A stretch of DNA of 64,000 nucleotides from Bacilli bacterium (GTDB lineage Bacteria > Bacillota_I > Bacilli_A > ML615J-28 > CAG-313). The notes below the pieces were generated by a model. That model was given only the letters and a program-made list of their open reading frames with translations, was not told where the DNA came from and made no database searches. Below, in pieces: positions 1-9,194 of this stretch; within the stretch, counting starts at the first letter, position 1; the number at the start of each line of letters is the position of its first letter. The stretch covers positions 30,463-94,462 of the forward strand of contig JAZSNL010000020.1 of NCBI GenBank assembly GCA_045536365.1, in the 5' to 3' direction. The translations under genes were made by a program, and so were the position numbers.

Positions 1-636
1 AAATTAACTAATTATGATAATATTATATTTGATTTTAACGGAACAATTATTAATGATTTAGATTTATGTATTAATATTTTAAATTATATGTTAGAATCAA
101 AAGGATATAAGAAAGTAACAAAAGAAAGATATTTAGAAATATTTACTTTTCCAATAATAGAATATTATAAACTAGCAGGATTTGATTTTAATAAACATTC
201 ATTTGAAAATCTATCAGTTGAATTTATTAATCTTTATCAAAAAGCAAGTTTAGAATGCTCATTATATGATGGAGTAATTGAATTATTAGAAAAACTAAAA
301 AAGTTGAACAAAAATATAATTTTATTATCTGCTAGTCAATTAGATAATTTAAAAGAACAAGTATATCATTTCAAAATAGACAAATACTTTACAAAAATAT
401 TAGGACTTGATAATATTCTTGCAAAAAGCAAAATTGAAGTAGCAGAAAAATACTTTAAAGAAAAAAATATAGATTTATCAAAAACTATTATTTTAGGTGA
501 TACAATACATGATGCCGAAGTAGCAAATAAATTAAAAATAGATTCTATTTTAATTGCTGATGGACATCAAAGCTATGATAGATTAAAAAAATATAAAAAA
601 GAAGTAATAAGAAACATTAAAGAATTAGAATTATAA
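1..636 (+). CDS. HAD-superfamily hydrolase (5' end probably just upstream of window)
   Basis: Frame 1 is open from nt 1 with no stop before the ORF-track start at 88; N-terminal IIFDFNGT (HAD motif I-like) and ILGDTIHD near C-terminus. Confidence 0.55.
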   Translation, partial: KLTNYDNIIFDFNGTIINDLDLCINILNYMLESKGYKKVTKERYLEIFTFPIIEYYKLAGFDFNKHSFENLSVEFINLYQKASLECSLYDGVIELLEKLKKLNKNIILLSASQLDNLKEQVYHFKIDKYFTKILGLDNILAKSKIEVAEKYFKEKNIDLSKTIILGDTIHDAEVANKLKIDSILIADGHQSYDRLKKYKKEVIRNIKELEL

Positions 637-648
637 AAGAGGTGATAT

Positions 649-2016
649 TTGATGAACATTAAAGATATATATGAATCACAAAAAAGATACTATATGTCTC
701 ATCAAACATTATCATATCAATTTAGAAAAGAAGCTTTAATTAAATTAAGAAAAGCAATAATTCGTCTTCAACCAGAAATTGAAAGAGCATTAAAAGTAGA
801 TCTAGGTAAATCGCCAACAGAATCCTATATGACTGAAATAGGTCAAGTTTTAAATGAAATAACATATAGTTTAAGAAACTTAAAACATTGGATGAAACCT
901 AAAAAAGTAAACAGTGGAATCGCAAACATTGGTGCGAAAAGTTATATAACAAGATATCCATATGGAAATATATTAATATTATCTCCATGGAATTATCCAT
1001 TTTTACTTACAATGTCACCATTAATAGGTTCAATAATTGGAGGAAATACAACAATTATTAAACCTTCAGAAATATCAGTGAATGTTTCAAATATTATAAA
1101 ACAATTAATAGAAGAAATATTTGATACTGAATATATATCTGTAATATTAGGAAATAGTGATACGGCATTAGAATTATTAGATTACAAATATGATTTTATC
1201 TTTTTTACTGGAAGCACAAGAGTAGGTCAAATTGTTTTAAACAAAGCAGCTGCTAATATGACTCCGGTTTGTTTAGAACTCGGAGGTAAATCACCTTGTA
1301 TAGTTACTAAGGATGCAAAAATACATTTAGCAGCAAAAAGAATTATGTTTGGAAAATTATTAAATTCTGGACAAACATGTGTTGCTCCAGATTATCTATA
1401 TGTTGATGAATCTATAAAAGATGAATTAATAAAAGAACTTATTATTTCATCTAAAGAATTATATGGAATGAATCCGTTAATTCATCAAGATTATGGAAAA
1501 ATTATAAATAAAAAACATTATCAAAGACTATTAAAATTATTAGAAAATCAAAAAATAATTTTAGGTGGATTCGGAGATGGAGAAAAAATAGCTCCAACAA
1601 TAGTTGATAATGTTGATTTTGATAATGTATTAATGAAAGAGGAAATATTTGGACCTATTTTACCGATTGTAACTTTTAAAGAATTAAGTGAAGTAGAAGA
1701 AAATTTAATTAATAAACCTATTCCTCTTGCGTTATATTTATTTACAAACAATAATAAAACAAAAAAACAAATTTTAAATAATATACCTTTTGGTGGTGGA
1801 TGTGTTAATGATACGATAATGCATTTATCAAATAAAAATTTACCTTTTGGTGGTGTTGGATCAAGCGGCATGGGAAGATACCACGGTAAAACAACTTTTG
1901 AAACATTTACTGTAACAAAATCAATTTTACAACAAAATAATTTATTTGATATAAAATTAAGATATGCACCATATAATTCAAAAAAAGATGATATTATTAA
2001 AAAAGTTTTAAAATAG
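649..2016 (+). CDS. NAD(P)-dependent aldehyde dehydrogenase (class-3 ALDH family)
   Basis: 455 aa; ELGGKSP catalytic-Glu region, GQTCVAPDY catalytic Cys motif, FGGVGSSGMGRYHG C-terminal ALDH signature. Confidence 0.8.
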   Translation: MMNIKDIYESQKRYYMSHQTLSYQFRKEALIKLRKAIIRLQPEIERALKVDLGKSPTESYMTEIGQVLNEITYSLRNLKHWMKPKKVNSGIANIGAKSYITRYPYGNILILSPWNYPFLLTMSPLIGSIIGGNTTIIKPSEISVNVSNIIKQLIEEIFDTEYISVILGNSDTALELLDYKYDFIFFTGSTRVGQIVLNKAAANMTPVCLELGGKSPCIVTKDAKIHLAAKRIMFGKLLNSGQTCVAPDYLYVDESIKDELIKELIISSKELYGMNPLIHQDYGKIINKKHYQRLLKLLENQKIILGGFGDGEKIAPTIVDNVDFDNVLMKEEIFGPILPIVTFKELSEVEENLINKPIPLALYLFTNNNKTKKQILNNIPFGGGCVNDTIMHLSNKNLPFGGVGSSGMGRYHGKTTFETFTVTKSILQQNNLFDIKLRYAPYNSKKDDIIKKVLK

Positions 2017-2024
2017 GAGAATAT

Positions 2025-2651
2025 ATGTTAGGCGATAATATTAAATTATTAAGAGAAGAGGCTAGATTATCAAGAGCAGAACTTGCGGAAAAAGTGGGAA
2101 TTTCTGAACAAGTTTTAACTGATATCGAAAAAGGTCTTGCAAGACCTAGTGATAGATTACTTGAAAAAATGTGTGTCTATTTAAGAATAAGTCTTGAAGA
2201 TATTAAAACAAGAGATATAGTATCAGAAAGACAAGAAGCATTAAAGAATATGAAAAAGGATAAAACAAGAGGAGATTATAATTGGTATTTAGGAAGTAAA
2301 ACTAAAATAGCTTTTTATATATCATATCTTATTATTATTCCTGCGACATTCTTGTTAACATTATTTTGTTTTTTACTTCCTCAAAAAGAAGTAATGATGG
2401 AATTATTTGAATGGACTGAACAACAAGCAATGTTAGGATGTTTTACTTATGCATATTTATTCTGTGCTTTTCCTACATTAGTATATTTAATTATATTTGT
2501 ATTTAAAAACATAAAAATAAGACTACAATGGTGGATGATATTCTTAGTACAATTTATTATTGGTTTAGCTGGTGCAGCAGCAATAATAGCAGTTATTCCA
2601 GGTATTGTTTATTCTTTATATCAAGTTATAGTGAAACGAGGAAAAAATTAG
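2025..2651 (+). CDS. XRE-family HTH transcriptional regulator with C-terminal multi-pass membrane domain
   Basis: N-terminal LSRAELAEKVGISEQVLTDIEKG helix-turn-helix; C-terminal half has ~4 hydrophobic helices. Confidence 0.6.
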   Translation: MLGDNIKLLREEARLSRAELAEKVGISEQVLTDIEKGLARPSDRLLEKMCVYLRISLEDIKTRDIVSERQEALKNMKKDKTRGDYNWYLGSKTKIAFYISYLIIIPATFLLTLFCFLLPQKEVMMELFEWTEQQAMLGCFTYAYLFCAFPTLVYLIIFVFKNIKIRLQWWMIFLVQFIIGLAGAAAIIAVIPGIVYSLYQVIVKRGKN

Positions 2652-2659
2652 GAGGTTCT

Positions 2660-3532
2660 ATGGAAAAAAATAAAAAACCTATTATTGCATTAATGTATGA
2701 TTTTGATAAAACATTATGTGGTAAAGATATGCAAGATTACAGCTTTATTCCTAGTATTGGAATGAATTCAAGTGAATTTTGGCAAGAAGCTAATAAACTT
2801 GCAACAAAAACAAATATGGATAAGATATTAGCTTATATGTATTTGATGATTAAAACAGCCAAGAAAAATGATGTTCCTATTACAAAAGAAGCATTTACTA
2901 AATTAGGAGAAGAAGTTGTTTTATTAAAAGGTGTTAAAGGATGGTTTGACCGAATTAATGCTTATGGTAAAGTATATGATGTTGAAATAGAACATTATAT
3001 TTTATCATCAGGATTAAGTGAAATAATTGAAGGAACACCTATTGCAAAACATTTTAAACGTATATATGCATGTCAATTTCATTACAATGAAAGAGGCAAT
3101 GCTGACTGGCCTCAACAAGCAGTTAACTATACTACAAAGACACAATTCTTATTTAGAATATCTAAAGGTGTATTAGATGTTATGGATGATGTAACATTAA
3201 ATAGTTCTATTTCAGAAGAAGATAGAAGAATACCATATCATAATATGATATATATTGGAGATGGCCTAACAGATGTACCTTGTATGCGTTTAGTTAAAGA
3301 ACGAGGAGGAGAATCAATTGCTATTTTCCATCGTAATGATAAACGAATAGTTAATAAATTATTAAAAGAAGGAAGAGTAAATTATGCTTGTCCTGCTGAT
3401 TATACAAACGGAAGTATGTTAGATACAGTAGTTAAAAAGATTATTCAAAAAATGGCTATTTCTCAAGAATTAATAAATACACATATAGAACAAATAAAAG
3501 AAATTAATGATGGTGAAGAAAATGAAAAATAA
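2660..3532 (+). CDS. HAD-like hydrolase family protein
   Basis: ATG at 2660 preceded by GGAGG (2651-2655); YDFDKTL (DxDxT motif I) and IGDGLTDVPCM (motif IV-like). ORF-track start 2528 is probably an upstream over-extension. Confidence 0.5.
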   Translation: MEKNKKPIIALMYDFDKTLCGKDMQDYSFIPSIGMNSSEFWQEANKLATKTNMDKILAYMYLMIKTAKKNDVPITKEAFTKLGEEVVLLKGVKGWFDRINAYGKVYDVEIEHYILSSGLSEIIEGTPIAKHFKRIYACQFHYNERGNADWPQQAVNYTTKTQFLFRISKGVLDVMDDVTLNSSISEEDRRIPYHNMIYIGDGLTDVPCMRLVKERGGESIAIFHRNDKRIVNKLLKEGRVNYACPADYTNGSMLDTVVKKIIQKMAISQELINTHIEQIKEINDGEENEK

Positions 3533-3839
3533 AGTAATTCATTTTATCTTAACAATTTCTTATGTTACTATTTCATTAATAGGTATGGTTTTATTTCCAA
3601 TATTTTCAAATAAAGAATGGGTTGGTACATATTTAATTGTTTTACTTGTCTTTTTAGTATTTGGTTTTTTGGGATTAGTATTATATCATTCATTAATATC
3701 TAAATATAAATGTCCTCATTGTCAACATGAATTTAGAATAAATTTCTTTAAGGATTTAATTACATTAGGATCTAACAAAGGAAAAAATGTTGTTTGTCCT
3801 AATTGTAAAAATAAAAATTATATAAATAGGATTAATTAA
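3507..3839 (+). CDS. small membrane protein with C-terminal Cys4 zinc-ribbon
   Basis: 2 predicted TM helices then CPHCQHEF...CPNCKNK. Confidence 0.4.
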   Translation: MMVKKMKNKVIHFILTISYVTISLIGMVLFPIFSNKEWVGTYLIVLLVFLVFGFLGLVLYHSLISKYKCPHCQHEFRINFFKDLITLGSNKGKNVVCPNCKNKNYINRIN

Positions 3840-3841
3840 AA

Positions 3842-3876
3842 AAAGCAGTAAAATAAAATTTTTACTGCTTTTTTTA
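3842..3876 (+). terminator. Rho-independent terminator
   Basis: GCAGTAAAA-loop-TTTTACTGC hairpin followed by T-run. Confidence 0.7.
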
Positions 3877-3889
3877 TAACCTTATTCCA

Positions 3890-3918
3890 TTGACTTTTTT
3901 ACTAAAAAGTAGTATAAT
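3890..3918 (+). promoter_or_regulatory. sigma-A-like promoter of zur-znu operon
   Basis: TTGACT (3890-3895), 17-nt spacer, TATAAT (3913-3918). Confidence 0.5.
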
Positions 3919-3921
3919 AAA

Positions 3922-3938
3922 TTGAGAATGATTCTCAA
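3922..3938 (+). promoter_or_regulatory. Fur-family (probable Zur) operator, perfect 8-1-8 palindrome
   Basis: TTGAGAATgATTCTCAA immediately downstream of the -10 and upstream of the Fur-family gene. Confidence 0.55.
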
Positions 3939-3960
3939 ATTTACGAAAGGAAGATAAATT

Positions 3961-4359
3961 ATGAATAGTTGTAAAAGTTATCAAACAAAACAAAAAAATA
4001 TTATTCATTCTCTATTATTAGAATATCAAAATACTGATTTAACAATAGAAGAAATTATTAATATTTTAATTATTCGCCAAACTCCTGTTGCAAAGGCAAC
4101 TCTATATCGTTGTTTAGATTCCTTTATGGATTTGGGAATTGTTAAAAAATGGAAATTGGATAATAAAACATCTTATCAATATATTGGTGAAGATGAATCT
4201 CAATTTAAATTAAAATGCGAATGTTGTGGGAAACTAATAAAAGCAGAAATGCCAGTTTTAAATAAAGTAGATAGTGCAGTTACTAGTAAGTACGGTTTTC
4301 ATATTGATATGACTAAATCAGTATTATACGGTAAATGTGAAGAATGTTCGGAGAAATAA
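3961..4359 (+). CDS. zur: Fur-family transcriptional regulator, probably zinc uptake regulator Zur
   Basis: 132 aa; winged-helix N-term, C-terminal CxxC...CxxC (CECCGK...CEEC); heads a Zn ABC importer operon. Confidence 0.65.
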   Translation: MNSCKSYQTKQKNIIHSLLLEYQNTDLTIEEIINILIIRQTPVAKATLYRCLDSFMDLGIVKKWKLDNKTSYQYIGEDESQFKLKCECCGKLIKAEMPVLNKVDSAVTSKYGFHIDMTKSVLYGKCEECSEK

Positions 4360-4360
4360 T

Positions 4361-5419
4361 ATGAAAAAAATATTATTTTATCTTGTTTTGTTTATTTCAA
4401 TTTTAGGATTAACATCATGTACCACTATTACTCCCACAATAAATAAAAAACAAATAGTTGTTACATTATATCCTGAATATCAAATGGTAAAAGCAATTCT
4501 TGGATCAGATAAAGTTTTAAATTCCATTTATGATGTTAATTTAATAATTCCATACGGATGTGATATTCATAACTATGATCCTAGTATGAATGATTTGTTA
4601 ACTATTAAAAAAGCATATGCTTTTATTTATACTTCTGATTCAATGGAAAAATGGGTTTCATTACTTAATTTCAGCAATGAAACAAAAGTTTTAAATCTAG
4701 AAACTGACGAAAGAATAGAATTAATTGAAATGACTGAATCAGCTGAAGAACATGAAGGACATGATCATGAAACACACGATCACGGTCATAATCATAGTCA
4801 TGAGTTTGACCCTCATATTTGGATATATCCTGTATATGCAGCATATATGGTAGAAGAAATAAGAGATTTATTAATTGATATAACACCAGACCCATATTAT
4901 CCTGATTCAGGTATAAGACAAACAATAATTGATAATGCACAAATATATATTGATCAATTATATGATTTAGATATTGCAATAAAACAAATAGTAAGTGCAG
5001 CAAAGACAAAAACAATGTATTTTGCAAGTCCATTTGCATTCTATTATTGGGCATATTACTATAATTTAGATTATGTTTTAACATATAAAACATGTTCAAC
5101 TGAAATAGATCCTTCTTTAACAGATATAGCTTCTATTGTAGAGGAAATGTTAGAACATGACGCAAAAGTTATTTATTCAAGAGAATTAATGTCAGATCAA
5201 GCTGCAAGAATGATTTCTGAAAAAACGGGTGCTGAAGTATTAGAATTACATTCAGGACATAATATATCTAATAAACATGTTGGTTTAGAAGAATATTCAT
5301 TTATAAATATTATGAAACGAAATATTCTAAATCTTGCAAAAGGTTTAGAAGTTGATGTTAATAAAATTGATAATTTCGTTTTAAGAGAGGAGGTAAATAA
5401 TGAGTCAAATCCAATGTAA
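4361..5419 (+). CDS. znuA: zinc ABC transporter substrate-binding lipoprotein (ZnuA/AdcA-like)
   Basis: Signal peptide with lipobox (LGLTSC); His-rich loop HEGHDHETHDHGHNHSHEFDPH typical of Zn-specific cluster-9 SBPs; ATG at 4361 after RBS (ORF track 4337). Confidence 0.75.
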   Translation: MKKILFYLVLFISILGLTSCTTITPTINKKQIVVTLYPEYQMVKAILGSDKVLNSIYDVNLIIPYGCDIHNYDPSMNDLLTIKKAYAFIYTSDSMEKWVSLLNFSNETKVLNLETDERIELIEMTESAEEHEGHDHETHDHGHNHSHEFDPHIWIYPVYAAYMVEEIRDLLIDITPDPYYPDSGIRQTIIDNAQIYIDQLYDLDIAIKQIVSAAKTKTMYFASPFAFYYWAYYYNLDYVLTYKTCSTEIDPSLTDIASIVEEMLEHDAKVIYSRELMSDQAARMISEKTGAEVLELHSGHNISNKHVGLEEYSFINIMKRNILNLAKGLEVDVNKIDNFVLREEVNNESNPM

Positions 5420-6104
5420 AAATATGTCAATTGGTTACGCAAATAAAGTAGTATTAAGAAATATTAATTTTGAAATTAATCAAGGCGAATATGTTTTTAT
5501 TTTAGGTGATAATGGTGTTGGTAAAACAACATTATTAAAAACATTATTAGGTTTAATTCCTCCACTTAAAGGTGAAATTATTTATGATAATTCAATAAAG
5601 AAAACATCAATGGGATATATACCTCAAAAAAGTAAAATTCAACAAGAATTCCCAGCTTCTGTTTATGAAATTGTTTTATCAGGATGTGTTAATACATTAA
5701 AATGGAAACCTTTCTATACAAAGAAAGAAAAAGAAAAAGTAGCAGATGCGATGAAATTATTAAATATTTCTCACTTAGCAAAAAGACCATATCGTGAATT
5801 ATCTGGTGGTCAACAACAAAGAGTTTTGTTGGCAAGAGCTTTTTGTGCAACAGATAAAATTTTAGTTTTAGATGAACCTTTTGTTGGCTTAGATGATTAT
5901 TCTACTAAACAATTACAAAAATCATTAACAAAGATTAATAAAGAATTAGGTGTTACTATTGTAATTGTTTCTCACTATATTGAAGATTCTTTAAAACATT
6001 CAAATAAACTAATAGTATTATCAGAGGATAAAACATATTGTTGTCATCCTAGTGAATATCATTTAAATACTCCAGTAAAGGAGGAAACTAAAGATGTTAA
6101 ATAA
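5400..6104 (+). CDS. znuC: zinc ABC transporter ATP-binding protein
   Basis: Walker A GDNGVGKTTLL, ABC signature LSGGQQQR, Walker B ILVLDEP. Confidence 0.8.
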   Translation: MSQIQCKNMSIGYANKVVLRNINFEINQGEYVFILGDNGVGKTTLLKTLLGLIPPLKGEIIYDNSIKKTSMGYIPQKSKIQQEFPASVYEIVLSGCVNTLKWKPFYTKKEKEKVADAMKLLNISHLAKRPYRELSGGQQQRVLLARAFCATDKILVLDEPFVGLDDYSTKQLQKSLTKINKELGVTIVIVSHYIEDSLKHSNKLIVLSEDKTYCCHPSEYHLNTPVKEETKDVK

Positions 6105-6942
6105 TATTATTTTATCAAGTGTAACTGACATTTTACATAATATGGATATTTTTAAGTATCCTTTAATAGTTGGTATTTTACTTTGTTTCTCTGCTGGTAT
6201 CTTAGGTGTTATCTTAGTATTAAAAAGATATTCAATGATTGGTGATGGTTTAAGTCATGTAACTTTTGGGGTATTTGCGATTGCGTTATCGTTTGAGTTT
6301 GTTAAAACATCGTATGCAATTGTTATTCCTGTTGTTATCGTAGCTGCTTATGTTTTATTAAGAATCGGGGAAAGTACAAAGATTAAAGGAGATGCGGCAA
6401 TAGGATTAATTTCGAGTGCTTCTCTTGCAATTGGTTATCTAGTTGGATCAAAGAATGGTTTTACTACGGATATTGATAGTTATATGTTTGGTAGTATTGC
6501 TTTTGCATCTAGAGAAGATTTAATTTATTTAATTCCTGTAGCTTCACTTATTTTAATAACATTTATTTTGTTATATAATCGTATATTTGTTGTTGTATTT
6601 GATGAAGAGTTTGCTAAAGCAACAGGTATTAAAACAAAAGCATTTAATATGTTTTTTGCTGTATTAACAGCGGTAACTGTTGTTGTAGGTATTAGAATAA
6701 TGGGATCATTATTGATAAGTGCTATTATTATTTTACCTGCTTTGTCTGCAATGCAAGTATTTACAAAATTTAAGAAAGTTATTATTGCTACACCAATTAT
6801 CTCAATAGTATCATTCTTAATTGCCTTTTTCTGTTTTATGAATTTCTCTTCTGCAGCAAGTATTGTTGTTGTTAATTTAGGTGTCTTTTTCTTATTTGTT
6901 TTAATTGGATTTATTAAAAAATTAATAGTGAATAAACTTTAA
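6094..6942 (+). CDS. znuB: zinc/manganese ABC transporter permease
   Basis: 282 aa multi-TM; ABC-3 family permease topology, operon context. Confidence 0.7.
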   Translation: MLNNIILSSVTDILHNMDIFKYPLIVGILLCFSAGILGVILVLKRYSMIGDGLSHVTFGVFAIALSFEFVKTSYAIVIPVVIVAAYVLLRIGESTKIKGDAAIGLISSASLAIGYLVGSKNGFTTDIDSYMFGSIAFASREDLIYLIPVASLILITFILLYNRIFVVVFDEEFAKATGIKTKAFNMFFAVLTAVTVVVGIRIMGSLLISAIIILPALSAMQVFTKFKKVIIATPIISIVSFLIAFFCFMNFSSAASIVVVNLGVFFLFVLIGFIKKLIVNKL

Positions 6943-6943
6943 A

Positions 6944-7678
6944 ATGGATAATTTTCAAATAGCAATTCTTTCAGCACAAAAGGAAGAAGAAAAATTAACA
7001 ATAGGAGTAAGACAAGAAAAAATATTACATCGTACGATTAAATATTATTTAGAACCTAATGAAAAATTCCATGAAATAAAAATTGGTAAAATGTATGCCG
7101 ATATTAAAAAGGATGATTTAATATATGAAATTCAAACAGGACATTTTAATGCATTACGTCATAAATTAGATACATTTTTACCTAATTATAAAGTATGTGT
7201 TGTTTATCCTATCGCGTATAATAAAACAATTCATTTAATTGATGATTCTGGTGAGGTAGTTACTAGAAAATCACCTAAAAAAGGAAGTAGTTTTTCATTA
7301 TTTATTGAATTATATAAAATTAAATCTTATTTAAAAGATTCTAATTTAACTTTTAAAGCTTTATTAATAGATATGGAAGAATACCGTACTAAAGTAGTTA
7401 AAAAACATTATCATTCTAAAGGCTTTTTAAAAGAAGTACAAGTGCCTCTTAACTTAGTGAAAGAATATGATATAAATAAAATTGATGATATATATTTATT
7501 ATTCAATGAATATCCAAAATTACAATGTGATTTCACAAGTAAAGATTTTTCTAAAATAACAAAAGTTTCTCCTAATAAAGCTAATACAATATTAAATGTT
7601 TTACATTATTTAGATGTTGTAGAAAGAATTGATAAAGTTAAAAAAGCATATATTTATAGAATTAAAAAAACACATTAG
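6944..7678 (+). CDS. hypothetical protein (possible nuclease-like N-domain plus C-terminal winged-helix)
   Basis: 244 aa, start abuts znuB stop; no family recognised with confidence. Confidence 0.4.
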   Translation: MDNFQIAILSAQKEEEKLTIGVRQEKILHRTIKYYLEPNEKFHEIKIGKMYADIKKDDLIYEIQTGHFNALRHKLDTFLPNYKVCVVYPIAYNKTIHLIDDSGEVVTRKSPKKGSSFSLFIELYKIKSYLKDSNLTFKALLIDMEEYRTKVVKKHYHSKGFLKEVQVPLNLVKEYDINKIDDIYLLFNEYPKLQCDFTSKDFSKITKVSPNKANTILNVLHYLDVVERIDKVKKAYIYRIKKTH

Positions 7679-7711
7679 AACTACGAATAATCGTAATTCT
7701 AATGTGTTTTA
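7670..7711. terminator. bidirectional Rho-independent terminator between convergent genes
   Basis: 11-bp stem ACACATTAGAA / TTCTAATGTGT with T-run. Confidence 0.5.
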
Positions 7712-7966
7712 TGCATTTTGTATAGCGTTAAGTAATGCTTTAGATAATTGATCAGCACAACTAGTAGAACGAGGTCCACAAGTATTTCCTTTTAAGATAC
7801 CTGCAACTTCTTCAGCTTTTTTACCTTCTACTAATTTTGCGATAGCTTTTAAATTACCATTACAGCCACCTGTAAAAACAACATTATGAATATATCCTTG
7901 TTCATCAATATCAAAATCAATTTGTCTTGCACAAACTTGTTGAGTTATATATGTAATATGTTTCAT
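7709..7966 (-). CDS. TSCPD-domain small protein (TIGR03905-like)
   Basis: 85 aa with GGCNGN...TCGPRSTSCADQ motif. Confidence 0.4.
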   Translation of the reverse strand: MKHITYITQQVCARQIDFDIDEQGYIHNVVFTGGCNGNLKAIAKLVEGKKAEEVAGILKGNTCGPRSTSCADQLSKALLNAIQNA

Positions 7967-8068
7967 AAAATATTCTCCTTTTGTTACTTAATTATACATT
8001 TTTTCTAAAACGATTGCAAAACTTTTGCTTAACTAGTATAATATATAAAGATTTAAGGAAGTGATAAT

Positions 8069-9193
8069 ATGATTTATTTTGATAATGCAGCTACAACTAA
8101 ACCTACATTAGAAATATTAAAATTACATCAAAGAATAAGTAATGAATATTGGTATAATACAAATAGTATTCATATGTTAGGTCAAAAAGCAAATGGCTTA
8201 TTAGAACAATCAATAAATGTTATAAAAGATACTTTAAATTGTAAAAATAAAAAAGTTATATTTACCTCTTCAGCAACAACTTCAAATAATTTAGCTATCT
8301 ATGGTATATGTAATTCTTTTATTGGTCAAAATAAACATATAATAACATCTAAAATAGAACATCCTTCAGTATTAAATTGTTATAAAGATTTAGAAACAAA
8401 AGGTTTTAAAGTAACATATTTATCTGTAAATAATCAAGGTAATATTGACTTAAATGAATTAGAACAAGCTATTACAACAGATACAATCTTAATATCTTTA
8501 ATGTGGGTTAATAATATTATAGGAAGTATTTTACCAATTAAAGAAGTAATTAAAATTGTTAAAAAACATCCTAGATTAAAATTCCATTTAGATGGAGTAG
8601 GAGGAATCGGTAAAATTAAAAATGATTTTAATTTTGATGATATTGATTTAATAACTTTTACTCCTCATAAATTACATGGATTAAAAGGAACAGGTGTTTT
8701 ATTAGTTAATAATAATATAACTCTTATATCTAATGTTAAAGGTGGGCATCAACAATATAATTTTATGCCGGGAACTGTTGATTTAGCAGGAGCTGTTTGT
8801 GCAGCTAAAACATTAAAAGAAGCTGTTTTATCAATAGATAATAATTATCAAAAAGTTAGTAAGATATATCATTATTTAAAAAATAAATTAATATCTAATA
8901 ATAATATTATTATTAACTCTCCAGATGCTAATTATTCCGTTTATAATTTAAACATATCATTTAAGAATATTAAAGGTGAAACTGTAGTTCACTTTTTAGA
9001 AAAACATCAAATATATATATCTACAACATCAGCTTGTACCGCAACAACAAAAGATTTAGATAAAACTTTAATTGCAACTTTTAATGATGAGTCAAGAGCT
9101 ATTAATGCGGTGAGAATTAGTTTTTCTCATGAAAATACAATTGAAGAAGTAGATACACTACTAGAAAAAATAAAGGAATTGGAAACAATATAA
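8069..9193 (+). CDS. nifZ: cysteine desulfurase (NifS/IscS/NifZ class-V aminotransferase)
   Basis: MIYFDNAATTKP N-terminus, PLP-Lys region FTPHKLHG, active-site Cys loop STTSACT; precedes thiI as in Bacillus nifZ-thiI. Confidence 0.75.
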   Translation: MIYFDNAATTKPTLEILKLHQRISNEYWYNTNSIHMLGQKANGLLEQSINVIKDTLNCKNKKVIFTSSATTSNNLAIYGICNSFIGQNKHIITSKIEHPSVLNCYKDLETKGFKVTYLSVNNQGNIDLNELEQAITTDTILISLMWVNNIIGSILPIKEVIKIVKKHPRLKFHLDGVGGIGKIKNDFNFDDIDLITFTPHKLHGLKGTGVLLVNNNITLISNVKGGHQQYNFMPGTVDLAGAVCAAKTLKEAVLSIDNNYQKVSKIYHYLKNKLISNNNIIINSPDANYSVYNLNISFKNIKGETVVHFLEKHQIYISTTSACTATTKDLDKTLIATFNDESRAINAVRISFSHENTIEEVDTLLEKIKELETI

Positions 9194-9194
9194 T

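Noticed and set aside
1548-1871. 107-aa minus-strand ORF
   Set aside because: Antisense to the aldehyde dehydrogenase gene with no RBS or homology.
4671-5442. Two minus-strand ORFs (142 aa, 81 aa)
   Set aside because: Antisense to znuA; low-complexity, no start context.
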